A stretch of DNA of 64,000 nt from Podarcis bocagei (lineage: Eukaryota): NCBI GenBank assembly GCA_964188305.1, contig OZ076885.1; one strand, written 5' to 3'. The notes beneath the pieces were generated by a model. That model was not told where the DNA came from. It was given only the letters and a program-made list of their open reading frames with translations, and made no database searches. A program made the position numbers and the translations under genes. Of the stretch, positions 52,682 through 64,000 are shown piece by piece. Every line of letters begins with the position of its first letter. The stretch's first letter is position 1.

Positions 52682-55600
52682 ATCTTTTTGCCCGATTAGT
52701 AGAGCCCTTGTTTATGAAAGTTTTGGACATTTGGCCTTCAAGTAGGTGGTTTTGGTTAGTAACCCTGCATGGGTATAAACATGCTTCCTATATAAGAACA
52801 AACATTCAGCATCCTGATTCTTGCAATGTTTAACCAGATGCTTCCAAAGTCACAAGAAAGGCATGAAGGCATCACTGATGCAGCTGATATTCAGAGCATT
52901 GCCTCTGAAGCTGAAGTTTCTCCACAGTCATCATGGTTAATACTGTAGCTGTTGATATTATTAGTAATATTAACATTTACTTCGACATTTATTAGTCACT
53001 CACTTGATACAATAAAAAGGCTTAAAGCAACTTGACAAGGTAAAATACAACACCTAAAAGCAATTTAAAACCAGAAAAATGGTAAACAATGAAAAAGGAA
53101 TTCACATCTGAAAAACAACAGAAGTCTTATTCAGGTATGACACGTTAGGGTTAGCATAACATATATGATGGACTGTGGAGACAAGCCCTGCTTGCTTGAA
53201 CCCCAGCTCACTGTTTCCATTGCTATCCTTGAATTGGAGGGAGATAGTTTGACACAAGGTGTACACATAAAGATGCCCTGTGCCTTTTAGAACCTGCAAA
53301 TGCTCAGAAGACCATTGGGGTATCAAGGAGTAAGTGTGATGTGATTCACTTCTTCCATCTGTACCCAGTTTACTTGAATCTCTTAGTAGTCAGCCGTACT
53401 TATTCTGTTGCTTTTCCTATCCTTTTTCCTGAGTTAGCTATGTATGTATCCGTCTCAAACAGTACATGCTGAGAGCCTCTTATTTAACTCTAGCCCTTGA
53501 TGGAAGTCTCAAGGCCAGCCACCTGTTTAAAGAGTATCTGGGATGGTTCAATCCTGGCAAAAAGAAACAAAATGACAGCCCAGAACATATGCCTGTTCTC
53601 AGAGTGACCAACAAGATACCCACAGGAAGCCAGAAGCAGGAGCTGTGTACAACAGCACTCTACCCACATGTGATTTTCATAATCTAATAGATCTCAGATC
53701 TCAATGGTGGACCCAATATCAGCCTCTGAGGCCAAACTCCCATGTGCAGGCTTTTAAACAGGGTTGCCATATTTCAAAAATCCGGACACAAAAGCTATTG
53801 AGCTTTCTTTAGCCAAGAATTGATTAGTTTATCAGTACAACTGGTACACTAAAGATGTCATATGGTGCAATCAGTTGGCCCCCACCAGCATCCAAGCTGC
53901 TGCATTTGATACCAGCTGAAGGTTAAAAATGTCTACATACCATTCTCCTGTTTGCTTCTTTTGTAATTCTAAACCAGCAACTGGAAATATTATGTATCAA
54001 TACCTAGTTTTTCAGTTCCTTGTATCTCAGCAAATGGGGGAATCCCATTGTGTTGACAGAACAAGTGCTCTCAGGCACTCCTGTGACTAACCAGGAACAT
54101 GCAGCGTGCTTGGCCCTGGCAGCAAAATTTGTGGGTGCCCAGCCCCTTCATGGGGAATTTTGTGGGTGCTCGGGCACCCAGGAACTCAGGGAGTTGGCAC
54201 CTATGATTTGGGCTGTGGACTTCTGTGAACACAGAGCTGCAGCTTCATGATGAGCTAGATTATTATATAATTTTAATTACTGTGTCCTGTATTCTTATTT
54301 TTGTTTTGATTTGTGAGGTGCTCTGGGAATATTTATTGATGGGCAGCCATATACATTTAATATATTATTGTATGGTTTTATAAGTTGATAGTGTCTGCTG
54401 CAGACGGAGGTCTCCAGTAGGTGCTAGAAATTCAGTAGGAAGGGGGCTTATCTGGCCTAAACTGGGAGTTGCATAAAATTGGGCCCACAATACTGAACTC
54501 ATAGCACCCAGTTGATACAAGCTGTGCATTCGAGCCACGGGGGACCACCAAAATTGACTTCCCCCAAGTCTGACTGGGCAGTTGTGATGCACATACAAGT
54601 TGTGAATTCATAACCCCTATTCATGTGTTACTTGTAGGTAGGACATTTCCATGTTGGCGGTAGAGCAGGGTTGTGCTTTAGCCTCACCCCCACTATTGGG
54701 GCTTCTTCCTGCAACAACCTTATGTTGCATATGGTTGTTTGTAGAGAAAATGCAACATTTTAGCACCTGCTTGTGTGTAGGGGCTCCAGGTGACCAGGAA
54801 CAGGCCCCACTGCCCCCCACCATGGACAGAAGGGATGTGGAGCCAGGGGACAGAGTGCTGTTATTCCCCTCCATGCAATGTTAATTGTGTGATTTTGCAA
54901 GTCAAATGCTTCAAAAGCAGTCATTATTTCCCACCCTCTGACATTATGGAACACAGCTGAAGGTGTTATAAAAGAGTAATCACAAATTGCATTTTAAACC
55001 TAGGGAGGTTATTTCTTTTGCACACTTTCCCAACAAATCTTCTAAGAATTTGACACTTCTTAATAGTTAAAATCAAACTCCTTCTGATTGGAGCCATTAA
55101 TTCTGGTTTCTAGAAGGTCTCCTGGACCTGCTTTTTTAAAGGACTTCAGTTTTATAAGGACTGTTTCTAAACTTCATTTCTAATTCCGTAATAACAACAA
55201 CCATGGCTGCATGGTCTTTCTGTTGTTGATAACTTTCTGTTGTTGATAACTGAATCTGTGGCTATATATATATATATTCACCAGTCTGTCGGTCAAGCTG
55301 TTCTCCTATCTATCTCATTTTGTTGCAATAGCTGCTTCTTGAATTAAATAGGTCAGACATGCTGACAAACAAGCAAAAGATTGGGAAGGGAGATATAATT
55401 GCCTGACAGATCTTAATTGACAATTATGTGAAAATCCTCCACCCATTTGGTATGATCCTTTTGTTGGAGACAGAAATGATAACATGGCTGAAAGCCCTAA
55501 ACTTTAATTTATTTCTCCCTTCACCCACAGTGCTTCTTTTGGGCTGTGTCTTTTGGCAGTTGTTACCCTTTGCATCCTCACCACTGTGTTCATCTTGATC

Positions 55601-56017
55601 ACACAGCATCAAGAGTACCTGAGTAGACATCTCTTTTGCTTGCTTTCTCACCTAGCTCTTCCCACTTGTCCTCTGTGCCTGCGAACCTCATTCCATTCAG
55701 TTGTGAACCTGTCTTGCATACTCCATTGCCTCGCCAGCATGTTGCTCATCTCAGATACCAATAGTAAACAGCCTTGTACAGAGTCAGAACATTTATCTGG
55801 CTGGTTCAGTGCTACAGTACATGGACTAGAGGGGCTCCCAAGTATTTATTTGTTGCATTTATTACACATTTATTATACATTTATTACAGGTTAGGTTGAG
55901 AGACTATGACTTGTCCAAGTTCGCCCAGCAAGCTTCATGGCAGACTGGAGATTTAGACCCTGGTCGCACAGGTCCTAGCCCAGCATCCTAACCACCACAT
56001 TACACTGGCTCTCTTTG

Positions 56018-56627
56018 TTGTTGTTTAGTCATTTAGTCGTGTCCGACTCTTTGTGACCCCATGGACCAGAGCACACCAGGCACTCCTGTCTTCCACTGCC
56101 TCCCGCAGTTTGGTCAGACTCATGTTTGTAGCTTCGAGAACACTGTCCAACCATTTCGTCCTCTGTCGTCCCCTTCTCCTTGTGCCCTCAATCTTTCCCA
56201 ACATCAGGGTCTTTTCCAGGGACTCTTCTCTTCTCATGAGGTGGCCAAAGTATTGGAGCCTCAGCTTCATGATCTGTCCTTCCAGTGAGCACTCAGGGCT
56301 GATTTCCTTAAGAATGGATGTGTCTGATCTTCTTGCAGTCCATGGACTCTCAAGAGTCTCCTCCAGCACCATAATTCAAAAGCATCAATTCTTCGGCGAT
56401 CAGCCTTCTTTATGGTCCAGCTCTTACTTTCATACATCACTACTGGGGAAACCATGGCTTTAACTATACGGACCTTTGTTGGCAAGGTGATGTCTCTGCT
56501 TTTTAAGATGTTGTCTAGGTTTGCCATCGCCTTTCTCCCAAGGATCAGGCGTCTTTTAATTTCGTGACTGCTGTCACCATCTGCAGTGATCATGGAGCCC
56601 AAGAAAGTAAAATCTCTCGCTGCCTCT
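56018..56627 (-). mobile_element. Bov-B/RTE LINE 3' fragment (one frameshift)
   Basis: Encodes GSMITADGDSSHEIKRR...ITLPTKVRIVKAMV...; 15-bp TSD cactggctctctttg. Confidence 0.93.
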
Positions 56628-59419
56628 CACTGGCTCTCTTTGCTAACTATTTATTAATGATATCAATGTATATGTCGCTGTCAAGCCAAAATGGCTTCTA
56701 AGCAGTTTACAATACATAATTAGAATACACAATAACAATTCTACTGGGGCACCAAAACGTCCTTAACTAAACTACATAGACTAAAACAAACAATTAATAA
56801 GTGTGACAATTAAAACAGTTTTTTAAAAGTTTTAGCAGTTTCCCTGTGTGAGTACAAACAAATAAAAACAACGGAATCCTTTGGGGACTGATATTTAGAA
56901 GAGCTGCAATGCCTATCATATAATTGCTGTGGTTGCTTACATTATATGCAATTTTTCCATTCTAAGATACGTGTGGTGGTGGGTTTTTCATATGAAAAAT
57001 GGTATGGGCCAAAGAATCAACCCTACATCTTCCTGATCCAAACTGCAACCACCACCATGCGCTCATTGCCTAAGTTTATCTGAACTACAATTAATATTTA
57101 GGGGAAATGCACGGTGAGGGCTGAGCATGCTCACTGGTCATGAAATGCTGACTGAGGACAAAGAATAATAAAAAAGTGATTAGGATTAGGGGGGTGGGAG
57201 AATTCTGAACAGGACCTCTCTATTGCAACATTTTGTTGAAGGCACAAACAAACACACACCAACTCACCCCAATGATATGTGCCAACAAACCACCAAATCT
57301 TGCTTGAAAGTCAGTATTTGGGCATGCAAACAGGCATGTTGAGTTATCAGAGGTATGTTGTTGTTTGTTGTTACAGAACAGAGGGGCGTTGCTTCCTAGT
57401 GACAGCAGTACTTGTGAGTGACATATTACAGTAAACAGGTTGGAAGACCAGGAAAAAACAAGAGCACCTTTTGCCCAAGCAGTTGCATCAATATGAGTCA
57501 CGCTAGGAATCTGAAGTCCTCCAAGTCTCCTCATCCATCAGAGCTGGATGAACCATTGTGCTAAATGGGCCACAGAGCAGGGCCCAAGCAAAGTGAAGCT
57601 ATTGTTGCTCTCCAAGTTTGTAAAAATGGCTCCACTTGCCCTTTTCTTATGCCAATCAATGGTAGCTAAGAAATTTCTAGTTAATTTCACACTTCCTCCC
57701 ATTAAAAAAAATGCAGTTATATTGAGGTTTTGGTAATAAACATGTTAATTGAAGTATTATAAATTGATTAAACAATCCATCTGCTCAGTTCATGAGTATA
57801 TTATCGAAATTTCAATAGTAATACAGAAAGCTGAGATAGTTTACATTTTATTCAGCAATTGTATTTGCTACAAAAGGATTAAAATTACACACCAGAAACT
57901 AAACAATCTCAAGTGTGCTCTGGACAGTCAAATCCACCACCAATAACAACTTCTCTTTATTAATTAAAATTGGCTTCCACCAAATACCCAACTAACAGCA
58001 CAATGTTTGTCTTCTAAAAATTTCACTAAGGCTTACTCCCAGAGAAGAGGGCACTGAACTTAATGGAGTCTTCTTCTGAATAATATTGTATAGGAATGCA
58101 CTGTAAAGCATTCATTGATTACTCTGTCAATGAAAGCTTGGTGGCTTTATCTTCTTGGTTGGGTAGCATAGAATCATTCCCTGACACAGTGACTTCTCCA
58201 AGATCAGCTTGAAATACAGATGGAAAGTGAGTTGCACCTTGAAACGTAATCTGATTTTGTGGCTCCTAACCACAAAGGGATTTCCAGACAAAGCTGTTCA
58301 TCAAGGAAAGATGTATTTTGTCAAACAGAAAATTCAAAGTCTGCTTTTTCAATCCCTTTTTCATTTTTTGTCTATTAGCAGGTAATTATGCTAGCATCTG
58401 TAACTCTAACCCATCACCACTAACCACTTCTTCCTTCATTATAGTATTTTTAATAAGCACATTACATTTCCCCCCACTATTTTTACATTGAGATATGTCT
58501 GCCTGTGTGCACTGATATGTATGGTGCATGGGTTTAACCACAGCAAATATTGTAGCAGGAAAATCACTCACAGCACACTTGATACATTACAACCCACATA
58601 TGTTTTCCTACACGAACATCAATACCTTTAGAGGAAATTGTTATATATAGAGCAGCCCGCAGTTCCATAGGAAAGTGTTTTTCCATGTAAAACTAATTTC
58701 CGTCCCCTTGGTACCAAGGGTCTTCTATTTCATTTTATTTATTTTATTTTATTTATATATATAAAATATGGTCATGGCAAAGTAACAGAAGAATAAATTG
58801 CTCCCACTTGTACAGGTAGAAAAATGTAAAACTTAGACAATGTTAAGAATGCTGAAGCTGATCCATGGAAGGTAGGCTAAATTATATTGGAGCCAGTCCC
58901 ACAAATGGTACATGGAGTTTAAGAAGTGCCTGCTGGATTGAACAAAAGGCCTCTTTGGTCCTGCGTTCTACAGTGACTAACCAATCAGATGACTCTGGGA
59001 AGCCCACATGCAGCTCCCTTTCTTGAGCAGCTGATTGGTGAGATTTCAGCTTTTTGAAAAGGGCTTTGACATTTGGGTTGATCTGGGAAATTGTACACAC
59101 ACAGCACTTTTTGGGGGGCTCATGATGCCCCATCCTTTAGGATACATACATGCAAACATGCTTGGTCATGTGTTTAGTATCCACCTAAATTGGGACCATT
59201 GGCTTTTGGCAGGCATAACAATAGTTTTATTTCTGGGGCTAATGTATAGGAATTTAAATGGATGTACAAATCGCTGGAGTATTTTCCACACAGAATGTTT
59301 GTGATCAAGTGTGATTGTTGAAGACTCTATATTGGAAGGGATGGATAACTTTTCTGTTTATGGCATACCGATTTTCATTATTTTGTATTTTTAATTAATA
59401 AGAAAAGAAAATGAATTGT

Positions 59420-59690
59420 CCTTATCTGGAGGCTAGGACCCAAACTTGTGGATTCAAGTTATAAGAAGGAGAGTCCAACTAAACATCAGGAAGAACTTTC
59501 TGACAGTAAGAGCTGTTCAGCAGTGGAATGGAGTCTCTCGGGAGGTGGTGGACTCTCATTCATTGGAGGTCTTTAAGCAGAGGTTGGATGGCCATCTGTC
59601 ATGGATGCTTTAGTTGAGATTCCTGCAATGCAGGAAGTTGGACAAATAACCCTCAAGGTCCATCCCAACTCTAAAATTCTATGATTCTAC
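59420..59690 (+). mobile_element. CR1 LINE 3' end
   Basis: AACATCAGGAAGAACTTTCTGACAGTAAGAGCTGTTC...; ATTCTATGATTCTA terminal repeat. Confidence 0.85.
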
Positions 59691-60264
59691 GAATTGACCT
59701 TTCACTATTAGTACAATTGAATGACATGCATTTTATTAACAAATAATCCCACCAAATATTTAAAATACAGGAGCAGGACATCTTCTCTGGGTACAAAAAG
59801 AAGACCTGCTCAGATGTTTGCACCTGGTGCTAAAAACCGATTTTAAGAACCTCTTGTGCAGAAGCAGAATAACAACCAAACAAGAATGACAAGCAAATTA
59901 CGTTTTGCTGGGAAAACTTTGCAAGTATGCAGGATGAGTTAATTCTAGCTCAAAGGATTAAAGGGGAAACAAAGATCTTCTCAAATATGCCAGGAAAAGA
60001 AAAGAAGCACTGTTATTTGTTTTGGAGACAACACCCAGTGTTGGTGCACACGAGGTACACGATGAAAAGCATAGCAAAGTAGACCCTGCCAGAACTCACA
60101 TTACTTTGAATAGCAAGTGAAGTGAATGGGCTGAGTGATTACAAGTGCAGGCACAGAGCCTTGTAGAACTTGGAGTAGGATGAATTTGTCTGAACTAATG
60201 TTGCACTGTAACTTGAACTGCAGCCGCTGGGTTGTTTCAAAGGAATATGAAGGATATGTTTTGT

Positions 60265-60725
60265 TTTCGGTTTTTAAAAATACATTTTATTGATTTAAAT
60301 CATAAACAGAATTACACAATAACAACAAATGTCCGGATTTGCTTCTAAGTAAGACATAGCTTCTTTCCGGTTCTAAGTTTCACAAGCATCAATAAAGTAA
60401 TTAATTGAAATTGTCATTCCACTGTGTTCCATGTGTGGGCGAAAGCTGTGTTGAAGGGATTGCGCATATTGAATAAAATCAAACCATGTTTCGTGGTACT
60501 CCTCTTTCCAGTACAAAGTTCACATCTTAAGGCACTTAATTTGCCCATGGCTATAACGTCCCAGATCTCTGAGAGCCAGGCTTCAAAAAAGATCTGTGTT
60601 GAGGAATCTCCAGTGTCTGTCGATTACTAGCTTTGCAGCAATTAGCAGATGCATGATTAAATCTTTATTCATTAAGCTGTGAAACTCTCGAGATAAGTGA
60701 GTAGTACCACCTTTGGGTCGATAGG
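60265..60725 (-). mobile_element. Old L1 3' fragment
   Basis: Minus strand shows frameshifted LIMHLLIAAKLVIDRHWR and EAWLSEIWDVIAMGKLS, resembling the L1 ORF2 C-terminus. Confidence 0.55.
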
Positions 60726-61176
60726 ATATGTTTTAAACTCTGGATCATCAGATTTATATATATATTTATTAGATATCAGTATAGAAATTGAAAGGGAAAC
60801 TAATGAAATCTGAAGAAAATAGAACTTAAAGTCCAAATAGAACTTTTAAAGAGCGACAGCAGTGAAGCACACAAAGTAGCAGCAGGGAACCTTTGGCTCA
60901 TGGGCCTAATTAGACCCCGAGGCCTTCTAGTTTGGCCCATGACCATGTCGACCAGCCCTACACCTGATGTCACATATGGCATTGTGTAGGAGGCATGTAA
61001 AATCATGACTGGGCCAAGAAAGGGGGTTGTAGGCACCACTGATCAACACCTGATCATTTTTGAGGTTCCAGCAAAAGTCTTAGATGCATTTCTTTGCTCA
61101 GGCGTTCAAGAGTCATTGATCCTATCATACATATTGGTGTTATTTTTTCTTAGATTAGGGTTGGATGGTTGGATTA

Positions 61177-61535
61177 CAGTGGTGCCCCACAAGACGAATG
61201 CCTCGCAAGACGAAAAACCCGCTAGACGAAAGGGTTTTCCGTTTTTGAGCTGCTTCGCAAGGCGATTTTCCCTATGGGCTTGCTTTGCAAGACGAAAACG
61301 TCTTGCGAGTGTTCCGATTTTTTTTGCCCCCCCTTTTTCTAAGCCGCTAAGCCGCTAATAGCCTTTTAGCCGCTAATCCGCTAAACCTTTAATAGCCGCT
61401 AAGCCTTTAATAGCCGCTAAACCGCTAATAGCGCTAATCCGCTAAGCCACTAATAGGGTTGCTTCACAAGACGAAAAAACCGCTAGACGAAGAGACTCGC
61501 GGAACGGATTAATTTCATCTTGCAAGGCACCACTG
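61177..61535. mobile_element. pogo-like MITE with internal minisatellite
   Basis: TA-CAGTGGTGCC...GGCACCACTG-TA; (A/T)AGCCGCTAA-type repeats at ~61340-61455. Confidence 0.82.
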
Positions 61536-62020
61536 TATTGCTTAAAGTACTGGTGGACATTTTAACTGGTTTTATTCAATTGTTTTTAATCGATATTTTT
61601 GGACACAGCCCTGGGATACTCATAGAGGAAGGGCAGTTAGCAAACAGAATACATAATTTTTGAGCTCCTTATTGTGGGCCCAAACAATGTGATGCCTTCC
61701 CTATTCGCTCCATAATACAGGGAATATGTACAGAGTGTGGTGCCTGCGCAGATGTGGGTACAAATACCTGCTCATCTGTGAACTCAGATAATTAGTACAA
61801 GTAAGGTCTTGGCAACTCTCAGCCTCAGTGGTGCTACACTCAGTCTGTCTGTCTGTCTCTCTCTGTCTGTCTGTCTCTCCCTCCCTCCCTCCCTCTCTCT
61901 CTTTCTCTTTGACAGGCCCTAAGCTGTGGAATTTTCTCCCCACAGAGGTGCACTTTCATCATATACTGAAGATGGACATCTTTGACTCCTGAGGATTGTT
62001 ATGATGGAAGTTAGGTAAGA

Positions 62021-62057
<37 letters not shown>

Positions 62058-62060
<3 letters not shown>

Positions 62061-62132
62061 CTTCATTCATTCAATATGTGAAGGTATCTATTGTTTGTTT
62101 AGATACCTTCACATATTGAATGAATGAAGCAT
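62058..62132. repeat. Perfect inverted repeat, 33-bp arms, 9-nt spacer
   Basis: ATGCTTCATTCATTCAATATGTGAAGGTATCTA-ttgtttgtt-TAGATACCTTCACATATTGAATGAATGAAGCAT; flanked by (AAT)n and (ATT)n. Confidence 0.95.
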
Positions 62133-62146
62133 AATTTATTTATTTA

Positions 62147-62194
<48 letters not shown>

Positions 62195-63579
62195 AGGTGT
62201 TTGGGGAAGGGGGTGATCTTCCTGAACTTCTGTCATTTCTACACTTATAATATCTGGGTAGAAACATCAAGGAAAGAAATTGACCAGAAAGTTGAGTAAC
62301 AGTAGGCCAAAATAATTCATGTGTATTACCAGTGTGAGCTACAATGAACATCATAAAACCCATAGAACAGAGTTCAGAGACAGAAAGCAAATACATATTT
62401 GCAAGTTTAACTGTACAGAAAGGGTGTCCGATGCTTTGCCATGTGGGGCAGGGAAGACTCAAGCCCTCAGCTCCTGCGAAGGGACTAGTTTGTTACCAAG
62501 CAAACAATTTCTCTGTCATTTTTTTCCCCATGGCAGAGTGATAACTTCTTTTATTTTTGCTATGACAGCCAACCCTATTCATACTGCTAAAATAAACACG
62601 TTGTTAGGCTTGTCAGATGTTCCCAAACCAGCACTTTGACAATAGCCCCTTTTGTCCCATTGAGTTTTATGATGGGAAAATGGAATAAACCCAATCTGCC
62701 CGAGGATACCCTAGGAACGACTGCTAGGATGTCAAATTACCTTTCAGAACTAGAGTGGCTAAAGACTGGTTCACACATGCATCCATATCACTCGTCTTAT
62801 CTGAAGATGTGAACTGCCTCCCCTGAGAAGTACTGTGCTGTGTGAGATGAGATGAAAATTCTGCTTTTGAGCTTGTAATTGGTAGTGACAGTCACCTCTT
62901 TATTTTTCACTCACTCCCCACAATATGGGAAAGAATGAAGGTGTACTTCAGTTCTGTGGCTCACACCCCAAAAACACCTTTCACCTCTTACTACCATTAG
63001 TTGGTAGCTGCTAATTTTCATGTGGATTTTCTTTTTCTTTTTTTCTTTTTTCCTTTTTTTTTTGAGGGGGGCAACTATTTTATTTTACAAAGTTTCTGTA
63101 ACATAAAAATTGGCCACACTTTGTACAAATAATGATCGGTTGAGTCAGGAATTGTATAAACCCAAACACCAAATGCAAACTTTGCAACTTTCAGATTAAG
63201 TCAATACGCCTGGGGTTTGGTTTCATTCTGAAGCAAACAAACTTTTGCAGAATAAACAATGGTTCAAAACTAAAATCTTTTTTATGAATCAAGATTTACA
63301 GCCTGTGCCTATGCATATTTACTCAGCAGTTAGTCCCACTGATTGCAATGGACCTAGCTTCCAGGTAGGCATGGGTGGGATAGCAAATTTAATTGATAAT
63401 TTCAGCAGCAAGGGCAAGAGACAACTCCATACTGGCCCCCAGAAGCTACTGCAGTCATCTGAATATTAAAGCCATGCAGTCTTAACCAATATGCTTACAT
63501 GAGAAAAGAGCAGCTCTGAATATCCCTCTCAGTAGGCATGTTAGATCTAAGTGCATTTATTTGGTTCACAAACACAATA

Positions 63580-63821
63580 CAGTGGTACCTTGGGTTACAT
63601 ACGCTTCAAGTTACATACGTTTCAGGTTACACACTCCCCTAACCCAGAAATAGTGCATCAGGTTAAGAACTTTGCTTCAGGATGAGAAGAGAAATCGGGC
63701 TCCGGCGGCGCGGCAGCAGCAGAAGGCCTCATTAGCTAAAGTAGTGCTTCAGGTTAAGAGCAGTTTCAGGTTAAGTACGGCCCTCCGGAACGAAGTAAGT
63801 ACTTAACCTGAGGTACCACTG
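63580..63821. mobile_element. pogo-like MITE
   Basis: TA-CAGTGGTACCTTGGGTTA...TAACCTGAGGTACCACTG-TA. Confidence 0.82.
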
Positions 63822-64000
63822 TACTTTGTTCAGTTGTTGTGGGAACCCTATGCTAAGCCATTGGCTGGTGGGCCCATTCATCTCTCATGCTGCTCCATCC
63901 ACACAGGTTCTAAATGGATTGTTATTATTTTATTTGGCAGGACTTTCACACAGGCTCAACATCCTGCTCCAGATTCTGCAATACAGATGGCATGTTGTTT

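Noticed and set aside
55216-55249. 17-bp tandem duplication ctttctgttgttgataa
   Set aside because: Ordinary slippage event with no further structure.
22000-64000. Exons of expected neighbours (EHF, PDHX) or another host gene
   Set aside because: No ETS/PNT or lipoyl/E3BP-like peptides recognised; small exons cannot be excluded without a search.

Overview
This is eukaryotic, AT-rich vertebrate DNA. The repeat complement (Sauria SINE, Bov-B/RTE, L2, CR1, L1, Penelope remnant, hAT and Tc1/mariner-pogo MITEs) points to a squamate, most likely a lacertid lizard (inference). The only host gene I can support is APIP (methylthioribulose-1-phosphate dehydratase/MtnB of the methionine salvage pathway) on the + strand. 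Its coding exons 2-7 lie at 7683-21624 with canonical GT-AG sites and an intact frame; exon 1 was not found and presumably lies upstream. The remaining ~42 kb looks intergenic and TE-rich, with two young 5'-truncated L1 insertions with perfect TSDs, one carrying an uninterrupted ~1120-codon ORF2. I did not find a convincing novel multi-gene system. The most unusual structures are: a CpG-rich 89-bp hairpin-unit tandem array inside a pogo-like element in APIP intron 3; an L1 nested in a palindromic Penelope remnant that keeps a degenerate hammerhead-ribozyme core; inverted Bov-B copies flanking APIP exons 2-4; and a perfect 33-bp-stem hairpin at 62058-62132. TE family names come from recognition by eye, not from a database search.
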